From contig MU008193.1 in NCBI GenBank assembly GCA_010909165.1, positions 310,001-374,000 on the forward strand: a DNA stretch of 64,000 nucleotides. Reading direction: 5' to 3'. The translations under genes and the position numbers were made by a program. Shown here piece by piece: positions 53,061 to 64,000 of this stretch. The stretch comes from Anthoceros angustus (lineage: Eukaryota; Plantae; Anthocerotophyta). The first letter of the stretch is position 1, and every line of letters begins with the position of its first letter. A model generated the notes under the pieces. The model worked only from the letters and a program-made list of their open reading frames with translations, was not told where the DNA came from and did not search any database.

Positions 53061-56000
53061 GTGACAATCATGGACACCACTCCGAGCATGGAAGGCATCG
53101 GAAGGTCTCATCATCGATACAACTCCGGTTGAAGAAGGGAGAGGAGGTAGGCCAAGCATTACGGATACCACGCCAAATCGGACATTAGGAGCGTGAAGAT
53201 GGAATGCGCGGAAATTGTTTCTTCATCGCTCCATGGAGGAGGTCGGGAATGATGGGTGAATTTTGCGGGAAGGAGGATGCGGGCACGAACACGGGTGGCA
53301 TCCGAGGAGCCTTTCACGAATCCTCGAGTCCACATTGTCCGGTGAAGCGTAGACATTATCAAGCGGAGATTGAAGAGGACCATGAAGGCGTTGAAGAAAT
53401 ACACAACGCATGGTCTTCGCATTCTTTGTGGCGAGTTGTTTCTTGCAATTGGGAAAGAAGAATATAGAGAGCCTCGGATATCGCTTCTTGGGATTGCCTC
53501 GAGCGGGAAATATATTTGCAAGGATTGCTCGAGGTAGAACAAGCAACCTATCTTGGCAATGTTCTCAATTTTCTCACAGGAGACAGTTGCAATGTTGTGT
53601 CTGAAGTTTCGGAAAAGTGTTACGCATTGGATGGCGGAGGTATGAACATTTGAAGCAGTACTAACGAACACACCATGGTCATCGAATTGAAGTTCCAAGG
53701 GCATGGCGAAGATCATGTTCGGAATGCATTGCTTGGATGGAAAAGTTTTTCAAGCTAACGGTGACGCATGCCCAATGTTTGATTTTAACTTGCGATTCAT
53801 ATACCAAAGGAGATATTCCGGGACTACAAGCGGGAGGTTTCAAGAATTTGGGTTGACCAACGTCTCTCATTCTCATACATGCCTTATGGAAGAAACATTT
53901 TCCAAAAGTGAAGATACCAAAGTGTAGTCGTTTTCAAAATCGTCCAATGCGAAGCGTTGAAGGCGACCATCGAGATGACCGACCGGCAAACAAACAAGGT
54001 ATTTCATATCCGAGTTTCTTTTGACTTCCATGGAATCATGAGCACTCAAGCCTCTTGTCTCGTGCTTGTTCGCCCACACGTGCACTTGTCTTGCGCCGCG
54101 AGCAAAGTGAGTCGCTGGCGCGCATTCACAGGAGGTAGGGCGGCGGAAGGAAAGTGCGCGCATTTGTGCGCGCGCATTTGCGTGCGCGCGCGCGCGCACG
54201 CGGCGCACGAGTGGAGCTCCTCTTACGCCCGCGGTGGCGTGCGGCGCGCATTTGTGCGCGCGCGCGCACGCCGGGTGATGCGGTCCATCTTGGTCTTGGC
54301 CCGGTCGCGGTCGTCCATCGCGTCGCAGACCAAGGACAACGTTCGACCATGTGATCCATTTTTGCGTGTGAGGTCCATGAGCGGCATCTTCGTCAACATC
54401 GGTCGGCGATCAAGCGGGCGACTAAAACTTGCAAAACATCGTTTGAAGTGTAAAGGCCAGAGCAAATACATTGGTATGGCGATAGGCGGGATGGACCAAA
54501 GCAAGGCGGAGCTCCACATTTTCTGCCCCTCAAAGGATTTTGCGGATGGTCTCATCCGGGTCCATGTTGTGGGTTGTTTGGTATACAACAACATTATGAA
54601 GACCGGTGTATGTGAACTTCCGAATATTGGAGCAGCGCCAACAACTATTCATATCATCCGGGATGTTATTCTCACATATGAGATGGTTACGCGAAGGCGT
54701 TTTACTTGCTGGACAACACGGCGGAGAAAACAAGAATATGTTGTTGTTTGCATACTTGAGTATGCTTGTCGAAGCGGGTCTTGATAAGGTGAAGGTGGGC
54801 TTCCTTCTTGTCGGGCACACACATGATGCGATTGACCAAATGTTCTCGTGCTTTTCTAAAAGTCTCGAGCACAAAAAGCAATGTCACTCGAAACCCTTAT
54901 GAGTTTGATTCATCAGCTTATACACCCAATCCGAAGTGAAAATGGTTTAGGTGGCGATTTGAGCTTTATCGGCCCAATGGGATGGGTAAAGAGGACACGA
55001 GATGCGTGATGAGAATTTGCACAATCATAGTTATCGACATCAATTCAAAATTTCAAGGGAAGAAAAGTGGCAGCCCATGATTCTTCGTGGCAAGGCACTT
55101 TCTACTTGTTCACATTGGGAACCGTTGGAGGTTTGGAGTTCCTTGAGAATACAGAAAGCAGAGATATAAGGGGCGCCTTTATGTCCACTTCTTGCATGGA
55201 AACCCGCGGACGCATAAATCATTGGCAGCCATTAGGAAAGCCCTCGAAGAACCGATGCAAAAATATCTATCTCGGAAGACAAAGTATGGTGGAACTCGTT
55301 ACGGGCATCACGCGATCGATATTTGCGACAAAATCGGAGGAGGAGTCCATCGAGATCTTCAAAAGCATGGGAGTGGTACAGGGGCGGTGGCGGAACTTAA
55401 ATCCATTGGCGTTCGGATGTCTTTGTCATTCGGCTCCGATTCGCGAACCACAGCCGTCACATGTATGTAAATTTTAGGCCAAGCGCGACCATCGAGTTGG
55501 CGAGATTCGATGGGGATGTGTCCGAGATCGACGAGGCCATATGATTGCGATCCCATGTAGACGACGGTCGAGCAGGCCTTTGGATTGCAGTGGAAGACTT
55601 GGATTTCTTATGTGTGAACCTTACCTAGTTGTCCGGTGGTGGGTGACGGAGAATAGCAATGCGTTTGAGGAAGGTACCTACCGGAGGAGATATTGGCTCC
55701 ACAGTGATAGAGGGTTTGCGACAACGGAGGCGACCAAGCACTGGATCATTGTTGATATCGGAGACATTTATTTTGGCATCTGGGTTCTCGTTTGCAAGGG
55801 ATAGCACTCTACAAGTCCGTACAGGAGCTTATCAAGACAAAGCTATTCGAACTTCAACATCTACCAGTGGAAGAAGGTATGAGGTTGAAGATATGAGATG
55901 ACCACCAAGTTCGAGAGATGCATTGGAGGAAAATGATGATTGGACGAAAATCCGAAATAAGGGTGGTGTAGTTAAGCCGTGGTGATGAGACATCCGACTT

Positions 56001-56137
56001 CGATTCGGCACCAATCGCAACAAGAACCAGCGGCGGAGGCAGCAGGAAGGGACGGCTATTGGTGCTTTTGAAGGCATGTTTGATGATGATCGGCACAAGG
56101 TCACCGTCGAAGGAGGCGGAAACACCGTAGAGGATAG
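53061..56137 (+). CDS. Transposase A, copy 3
   Basis: SKYIGMAIGGMDQSKAEL; ENKNMLLFAYLSMLVEAGLDKVKVGFLLVGHTHDAIDQMFS. Confidence 0.82.
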
Positions 56138-58130
56138 AAAGGTGATAGGGTATTCTTCATAGCTTTAGGGCATAGGGTAGATAGATGAGGCATGTCTATG
56201 TGGACGTCCGATTTGTGCAACTTCTTATGTCGTCGGGCCGCCACATCCACAGACCTCAAGAAGACATATTTCCTCGATCGAATGATGTATTTCTTTCGTT
56301 TTGCCTTGTGCGCGCACAAGTTTGCGCCTCCTTGTTTGGCGCGCGCCACGCGCCTAGCCCCGCGGTATACAAAACATATAGAACCACACAAATTGCGAAA
56401 CTCTTGCGAAATTATGGAAGAATTCGGTCCATGCCTTCATCACATCCGACTTCGATTCGGCTGTCGCAACAAGAACCCGCGCGAGCAGCGGAACCGGGAA
56501 TGCTTTTGGTGCATGTTTGATGATGATCCGGCACAAGGTCACCGTCGAAGGAGGACACCGTAGAGGATAGAAAGGTGATAGGGTATTCTTCATAGCTTTA
56601 GGGCATAGGGTAGATAGATGAGGCATGTCTATGTGGACGTCCGATTTGTGCAACTTCTTATGTCGTGGGCTTCCGCCACATCCACGGACCTCAAGAAGAC
56701 ATATTTCCTCGATCGAATGATGTATTTACTTTTCGTTTTGCCTTGTGCGCACAAGTTTGCATACCCTTGTTTAGGCGCACTTACGCGCCCTTCCAGTATA
56801 CAAAACATATAGAACCACACAAATTGCGAAACTCGACATGCGAAATTATGGAAGAATTCGGTCCATGCCTTCATCACCGACAAAGTATCCATGCACACGA
56901 GTGCAAGGCGCCACCGATGTAAATGACCGGACGAAGTGGTCCGGAGAATGCCGAATCCGATGGATGAACACCTACAAAACTCAACAAAACCAGCCCAACG
57001 GTTTTGCGGAATAGGGTTGGGATTTTTCCAAAACCCCTTTGACAGGAGAAAACCCCTTCCGAGCTTGGACAGTCGCGGCTGGCCGTGCCTTCTCTTATCA
57101 ATTGGTTGTTTGACCACCGTCATTGCTTGCGAAGCAGGAGACATTGAGGATTTGGAAAGCTGCCAAAACCATTCCAAGATTTTGTTTATAGCGCATAGCT
57201 GAAGCGGATGGAAGAAGGCGAAAACAAATGGCCGACAAGGACATGGATGCGGTGGCGGTTTGAGTGCAGGTCTTGGACAAAGTGGCATATCGGTGGTGCA
57301 TCGAGACATTTTGGATATGAAAGGATTTTGCCACAGGAGGTATACTCTTCTTTTCTGCGACCTCCCTCGAGGTTCTGAGGCATGTCTATGTGGACGTCCG
57401 ATTTGTGCAACTTCTTATGTCGGGCTTCCGCCACATCCACGGACCTCCAAGAAGACATATTTCCTCGATCGAATGATGTATTTCGTTTTGCCTTGTGCGC
57501 GCTGTTGCATACCCTTGTTTAGTGCGCCTAGCCCCACTTGGTATACAAAACATATAGAACCACACAAATTGCGAAACTCGACATGCGAAATTATGGAAGA
57601 ATTCGGTCACGGCCCTTCATCACACCGACAAAGTATCCATGCACACGAGTGCATGGCGCCACCGATGTAAATGACGGACGAAGTGGTCCGGGCCGAGAAT
57701 GCCGAATCCGATGGATGAACACCTACAAAACTCAACAAAACCAGCCCAACGGTTTTGCGGAATAGGGTTGGGATTTTTCCAAAACCCCTTTGACAGGAGA
57801 AAACCCCTTCGAGCAGACGTGTCTGCGGGCTGGCCGGCGCACTCTCTTATCAATTGGTTGTTTGACCACCGTCATTGCTTGCGGCAGGAGACATTGAGGA
57901 TTTGGAAAGCTTGCCAAAACCATTCCAAGATTTTGTTTATAGCGCATAGCTGGAAGCGGATGGAAGAAGAAAACAAATGGCCGACAAGGACATGGATGCG
58001 GTGGCGGTTTGAGTGCAGGTCTTGGACAAAGTGGCATATCGGTGGTGCATCGAGACATTTTGGATATGAAAGGATTTTGCCAGGAGGTATACTCTTCTTT
58101 TGCGACCTCCCTCGAGGTTCTGGCGGCATG
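55990..58130. repeat. Two tandem duplications (55990-56442/56443-56874 and ~56599-57385/57377-58130)
   Basis: The CATCCGACTTCGATTCGG and GAGGCATGTCTATGTGG segments restart at the junctions. Confidence 0.8.
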
Positions 58131-58840
58131 AGAATGACAAGGCTTTCGTTGAAGAAGAATTGAAAGAGCTCATCGCTCTTTCAGCGAGAAGACCACCGAT
58201 GTGTTCGGATAATTCTTATGCATGGGGTGGATGGGGTGATTCAAGCCGGGGAGGCTTTGAGGTCGTGGTGCGGGAAAGGAGTCATACCGGTATGGGAGAA
58301 AACCAACATCCCAATCAATGCTGGTGCCGCTGAAACAAAGGAATATTTGATGGAAGCGAAGGAAGACAGAGTCCAATGTCGGAAAAGCTCCTCTTTTGCG
58401 GCAAAGACATCAAGCAGTGCTCCCAAGAGTTATCCGACATGGACCGTGGTGAAGAAGGCGATTTACCACCGGTGATAAGATGGTCGACGCCATATCGAAA
58501 CACATGGGCTTATTAGGCATGTTGGTGAACATGTTCTCCAACGAAGACGACTAGATTGTTGACACTGCGGGATCGGGATCATTTTGGTGGCGGGATTCAG
58601 CGGAAAAGGAGCGTTGTGGCCATTGACAAAGGCACGATGCTCAATGTATATGTCTAGCAGTGAGCGGGTTGGAGCGGTGCCGGACGAGTTCGAAGAAATA
58701 ACAACGATAAGTTTTCGCGGGGCCTGCAAGTTTTGGGCAAAGGAGATCCGTGCACGGAGGCATTGACAGAAAATGCAAGTGTATAGCTTGCTTGGAAAGA
58801 AGGTCGAGAATGAAGGACTTGACACTCAGACGACCCGTTG
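57817..58840 (+). pseudogene. MTase B C-terminal part: beta-class amino-methyltransferase domain
   Basis: YRVVHRDILDMKGF..YTLLFCDLPRGS (DLPRG at 58104-58118); PYxKHMGLLGMLVNMFSNEDDxIVDTAGSGS.LVAG...RSVVAIDK (~58490-58630). Confidence 0.8.
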
Positions 58841-59345
58841 AAGACCAAGCGCATTGACAATATGGGATGAAAGCGGCACACTACCACCAGACAACAGAGG
58901 CTCGACGTTTTCGCTTTGCAGTTGAAGGTGATGACTTTGGTGACACGGAAAGGCGTGATTTGGAAAATGTAGAAAGCGGTGCAGTTCGGAGCTCAATTTG
59001 GTTGAAGTAGATGACCCTTTGGGTAGCAGGACTTGTAGGCGTGAGGGGCTCTGTCCAGGTTGACGGTATAATTCCGTTTTGACTCTTCGTGGAAAATGCC
59101 CGAATTTGATTTGAATGCATATTACGTGTTTTGGACCCATAGTCTTTGGCACTCTGCCCTTTCCCCAGTATGTCTGGAAGCACGGACGACCGCGACCAAA
59201 CAAAAGTGTGCATACATGGAAAAAACCTCTATTTTACTTACATTGTTCTAAGTGGAACTGCCATTAAGCACATCTCTTTTAAAAACACGTGTTTTGCATG
59301 ATATGAGAAAGGGGTGGCAACCTCCGCCCAAAGCGCAAAAGAGGC

Positions 59346-59381
59346 TTTCAAGAATCCGCCGATATTGCGCGGACTCTGTTT
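59346..59381 (-). repeat. Right TIR of family B
   Basis: TTTCAAGAATCCGCCGATATTGCGCGGACTCTGTTT, ~0.5 kb downstream of the MTase B stop region. Confidence 0.8.
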
Positions 59382-59389
59382 CAACTATG

Positions 59390-60645
59390 AGTCTAGATGC
59401 CAAAATCGTTGAACATCGAGCTGCACGCAGAGACGAACTAGGACACGCGGTGCCTGGAGACGGTGGCAATGGTTGCCGAAGATGCTACTGTGGAAGCAAT
59501 CGTGGAGGGGATGACTGGTCTAGACACAAAGTTGGTTGGGTTTAACAAGAACCTAGAAGTGGCTGCCAACTTTCTCGAACCCACACCCAGGAGATTGAAG
59601 GGCGAATGGCGGAAGGTTAAAGAATCACGAGAGATGTCTACGTATGATAGCAAGAGCGAGGATGAAGAGCCAGCAAAGAACCGGGCTTCAAGGGGGCCAG
59701 GGGTTACTCGCGGGCGCAGACGGGGCGGTGGCAAAAAAAGAGATGCAATGCAGGTGTTCACAATGGCCACGCTTGGTTCCGATGACCATGGAAGAGCATG
59801 GAGTAGCCAGGTGAGCGCGAGCAAGTATGGTCATGGGTGCACACCTTCCCCAGTATCGGGGTGGCCCAAAACCCTTGCTGCCACAACTAGGGCAAAGGCC
59901 ACCACCACATGCTCGGGATTTGATGGTGTAGGGCAGGAGTCACGGTACAAGGATAGGGTTTGTGATGAAAATGCCTCGGAGGAGGAGTGTTTGTGCGACA
60001 AATAGAAAGACATTGAGTCCAACTCAGACATCGAGAGGAAGGACGCTGCAAAGTGAGGCAGTCAAGCCGGGTCTATGCCCCAGGGCGTTATGGATAATGT
60101 TTGACTTCACATGCAGAAGGTGCTGGCGAGTGAAAAGCACAAGCGACACTCCCGATGTTGGACGATGCGAACCTGGTTACCCTCGTCGGTAACCATGTTG
60201 CCCTGGTGGATCATGATGAGGGGCCGGATACTTATGTTCAGCGCCCGACCTTTGAGAAGGAATAGTGTGGTGTGTTGTAGCCGTGTATCAGGCAGTAAGA
60301 AAAAATCAACTGTGTAGGCCAATTTCGTACGCCATGTAAAGATTGTCGAAACTGAGAACCCTGCTATTGGAGATGCCGCTATAGAGCCTCCCCATGCTAA
60401 CAAGGTGTATGTTGAATGTGGTGTCTGCCCTGACCTTGAAGATTATGTTGCCATGACTCCAGATGACTTGCGTAGGGTATGGAGTTTGAGCATCTTCCTC
60501 ATGATGAAGATGTTTTGAGGAAGATGCTGACACCCTTCCACCTGAATGCCGCGATGTGGAGATGAAGGGCAAGAGGGGCCCAAAGCGGAAGAGGGTTCAC
60601 GATATCTGTTACGAAGTGCTGCCCGAATATTTGCACCCTTTTGGT
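59390..60645 (+). other. Unassigned coding-like fragment with a possible GTAAGT donor at ~60644
   Basis: 180-aa ORF 59463-60005 and further protein-like frames (…KRKRVHDICYEVLPEYLHPF); no family recognised. Confidence 0.3.
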
Positions 60646-63600
60646 AAGTACGCTAAATTACAGTCAATGTAATTTTTAGCGTAACAGCCCGACAGAGGCC
60701 TGTTTGCAACGTGAAATTCAAGTTCGATTTAACAGTCTTGAAATAGCCATAATTTCCATGATTGATTATCCAGGAAGAATCAAGCTTGCTATCCATGCCC
60801 TGTTTGCCAAGCCTAGTTCAACTCTGGATTAGGCCTGATTCAATCTTGATTTTGGGTTGATTTCTAGACTGATTTTCAGGCCCGAATTTTAGGCTTCAAT
60901 CAGGCTAGATTTCCCATGTTGATTTCAAGCTTGAACACAAGTCTGAACACTTAAGCTTGAATTTTAAGCTGGAAGATGTAGTCATGTATTTTCAAGCTTG
61001 AATTAGCTACCTTGATTCTTTCACCACAGAACCCTAAACTTTGCTGCTGCTATAGTACTAACCTTGTTGTTGTTGTTGCTCTTGTGTTTCAAGGTTCATC
61101 TACTGTGGGAGTCCCTCGTACTTGTCCGTGAAGGACAGAGTCCATTTTGCGGTCTGATACATATGCAATCCACTCATATATCCCTTTTGGAAATAGATAC
61201 AAACCATCCAGCTGCATATTGAGACATGTATCAGGCACACTATGACTGGGCCAAGGGAGTTTCAACCTATTGTCCTGCAGTTTTTTAGCACTAATTTGAA
61301 GCATTGGGGAAACAATGTTAAAAATGAGGCACATTATCTTTTGCAGGCTTGGGAGAAAGTCTAAGGCCCATAACCAGCAAAAACTGGCTGCCATGAGTAG
61401 GATAAAGGAGGTAGGAAGCAATACATATTCATGCTCCATTTCCTCTCCTCCATTTTTTAACATGACTAATGGTTGCCTTTTAGCAGTTGGACTATTATTG
61501 GGGCTCTGCCATAGAGGTTCGGTACTAGTGGAGAAACAGAGAGTATACCTTGTGGAATATAGGGATGAGCTAGAGATTAGAATACATTAGGATGTAGGGG
61601 CGGTCTGGTTAGGAGAGTAGATTCAAGCCATATTTTGTAAACAAATTCCCAAACCCCTTAAATCCCTCTCCCCTTCTCTCCCCTCCTCTCTTCCCCTCCC
61701 CCATTCTTTCTTCTCCATTTTACTACAAGCCCTTGTCTTTTACAACTGCATTTTGAACCACTGTTCACTTTACTATGCTACTTTTACTACAGATATTTTC
61801 CTACTGCCTTTACTTTCCAGGCGCTTTACTACATACGATTTACTACAGGAGTTAGCAAATATCAGTTAGCAAACCACAGAGAATTAACTTCAATTAATAG
61901 ACCATGGTTACTCAATTCCAGTTAACAAACCATGATTTATTAACACAAATTAATAAACCATGGATTTTTAACTGGTGGTTTAGGTTTGATGGTTTATTAA
62001 TTAGCCATGGTTAAAACTATTGTAACCCAGTAGTAATCTAATGTAGAAAAATATGTAGGAAAGTAAACTGTAGGTACTCTGACTAACCTGTGAACGGTGT
62101 ACATGATTAGAATATATCGTATAGTACCTGCTCCCACTACTGAAGTTGAAGGCCTGTCGAAGTGGTTCTAGGATACGTGCACGCTTGAGTAGGCTGCACT
62201 GTCCTTTGATTGCCATGGATTTCCTGTCTGCTTTGCTTGTCCCTTCTTAGCAGGGGAGGGGTTTTCTTCCCTTCCGCACGTTTTCGGCCCCGTGTATAAC
62301 ATACCTTTGTTCTCTTTGCTTGGGGACTTTTGTAATTCTCGTTTTATGCTTATAAAGTCTCAAAATCTAGCCAAAAAAACATAGATGGTAATGTTGTGGT
62401 TACCATATGATCACATAGCGTGATTGTGGGTAATGGCATGTGGTGGTAGTTGTTCTGAATAATATTTTGAAGTAAAGTTTTTAGTAAATATTCTCCATCA
62501 GATTTATATAAACCTCAGTTAATGGAGGCGTGGAAGAAGAAGAAGAAGAATTTTATTTAAGTCCACTAAGGACGGATTTCCATCATGGGACTTGGTACTT
62601 AACAACTTGTACCATGGTGTGCCTAAGCTACTTGTACCAAGGGCATCCACTTCCTTCAGGCACCCCATCTAAGTACCGATATAAGCGCAGGATGCTTTTT
62701 ATCACGACGTTCTTATAAATGTGTGTCCATTCGGCCTACGCCAATTGGACACACATGAAGGCGGTGAGTGTTGCAGCACATCCAACGGAAAGTCAGAGAG
62801 CAAATAGCATCGAGAAAAAGGTCTTGAAGAGGGCTTCCAAGTTCCTGGAGGCAGGTCGGCCCCCGGCGGCCACGGCCGGGTCCCGTGGTCCATGGAGCCA
62901 TTAAGGGAGCGACGACATGCCGGGGCCCGGGTTGCCCCGTCACGGCGCTGGGCCCGGACGACGCGGTTTGGGCGACGAATAACCGGTTGCCTAGGTTTGT
63001 GGACCCTTCGAGTCGGGGCTTGGGACGTCACGGGCCACGGCACAGACGTGGGGTGGGCCCGGGCAGTCCACGTTGCAGTGTTTCCTGGTGAGTAGGTGAC
63101 GCCTCTATCAGCATGGAACACACGGGTGTGTATTCTGAAATTTGTAAAGGTGCATATAAGGCATCCTGTATATCATCTCCCTGTATATGTACCTGGGCTG
63201 CGGCAGTTTGCACGAGCCAAGAGCATGCGGAAGCGGAATCATCTCCAGTGTCATGTACAGTGATGGATACAGCCGCCCCTGGACCTGCACCTGCATCGAT
63301 GTGTAGCGGCCTGGGAGGCTGCTGCTCCTGCTGCTCACAGCCCACTGGTTTCTCATCACCTTTGATGCCGTACAGGCGGTGGGGACAATCACTCCTCAGG
63401 ACGGTGCCGGTCCTGGCGCAGGATTCTTCCTGTGAGGAATACTGACATATGCGCCAGACGCACCGCAGAAGTGGAGACGAGGCTGGTAGGTGGCTTTCAT
63501 TCCCGGACAAGTACCTGCCGCCTAACTCTCTATCAGCAAATAAACGCGCGTGCTCACCGTACCGCTCGTGTGGCACAAGCCCTGATGCACATCCGATGCA

Positions 63601-63850
63601 CCGGGCGGCCGGCTTCTCTCTCCCTTCTCGGGGACCAACCCTCTGGCAACTGGTTCTCTGTTCAGTGTCCCACGGCTATGTCCTGCTGAGTGCCTAAGAC
63701 ACAAGTGGTACGCTCTGCTGAGCGCCTTTGTTCTGCTGGTTTCACTATGTCACGAAACACATCCAAGCTCATGGGCTCATGTGGATCGCCGAATGTGCCA
63801 GGCTCCGGAGTCTGCACTTGCAAAGTGTCTGGCCAATGTGCCACTGTGTT

Positions 63851-63962
63851 CACATAGCAGGCTTGCGGAAACGTGAGCTCGCGTGATGAGCTCTCTTCTG
63901 GTCGATATGCCCTTGTGATCACATCGCAGGCTTGCGGAAACGAGAGCTCGCCTGATGAGCTC
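63851..63962 (+). repeat. Two-copy ~45 bp direct repeat, period ~69 bp
   Basis: CACAT(A/C)GCAGGCTTGCGGAAACG(T/A)GAGCTCGC(G/C)TGATGAGCTC at 63851 and 63920. Confidence 0.7.
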
Positions 63963-64000
63963 CTCCCCGTCATGCTTCGTACTTGCAATGCCAATTAGGT

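Larger units (their letters stand above)
44715..57816 (-). mobile_element. Family A transposon, copy 3 (same insertion as copy 2, with internal duplications), flanked by ACGT
   Basis: ACGT|CTGTTCTAAAAGGGTTTCTC at 44711-44734 and GAGAAAACCCCTTCGAGCAG|ACGT at 57797-57820. Confidence 0.85.
19586..58442. repeat. ~17.4 kb tandem duplication (19586-37020 repeated as ~37016-58442, with further internal duplications)
   Basis: Junction at ~37016-37030 fuses MTase B ...CCCAAGAGTTATC to MTase A CATGGGATAAGGAG via the shared TTATC..GACATGG. Confidence 0.88.
8984..59381. mobile_element. Family B TIR DNA transposon (transposase B + ParB-like/MTase B), interrupted by family A insertions and duplications
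   Basis: Imperfect ~36 bp TIR: left AAACAAAGTCTGCGCAATATCGGCGATTCCGTTGAAA (8984-9020; duplicates near 8546 and 10878); right reverse complement AAACAGAGTCCGCGCAATATCGGCGGATTCTTGAAA (59346-59381). Encloses the B gene pair. Confidence 0.78.

Noticed and set aside
37016-58442. A third independent A insertion and a second B element
   Set aside because: Same insertion point and shared variants with 19586-37020; it is a duplicate of one locus.
60715-61010. Recurring TTCAAG/CAAGCTTG motifs as a functional array
   Set aside because: Irregular spacing and degenerate; treated as low-complexity sequence.
61089-61620. Short ORFs as LINE or host gene
   Set aside because: No recognisable RT/endonuclease or other motif; cannot be supported.
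62530-64000. Overlapping 60-180 aa ORFs as genes
   Set aside because: No recognisable domains; may be exons of an unknown gene but cannot be assigned from sequence alone.

Overview
Eukaryotic, plant/streptophyte-like, transposon-dense window with a very high indel rate; it looks like an unpolished long-read consensus, so genes had to be rebuilt across frameshifts by comparing copies. 1-~7200 is a Ty3/Gypsy LTR-retrotransposon coding region (Gag Zn-knuckles, protease, RT, RNase H, integrase, C-terminal PHD finger). ~8984-59381 is a nest of two related TIR DNA transposon families, here called A (~9.5 kb) and B. Each carries the same head-to-head gene pair: (i) a DUF7869/Sola-like DDD transposase with a conserved C-terminal extension, and (ii) a large intron-containing gene fusing a ParB/Srx-like 'GGNH' domain to a beta-class (N4-cytosine/N6-adenine type) DNA methyltransferase domain whose catalytic motif reads DLPR instead of DPPY in both families. 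Family A has inserted twice, in opposite orientations, into one family B element, once splitting the B methyltransferase gene at an ACGT site. Several tandem duplications (0.1-17 kb) with short microhomology junctions inflate the apparent copy number and are probably assembly artefacts. 59.4-64 kb holds only poorly assignable fragments.
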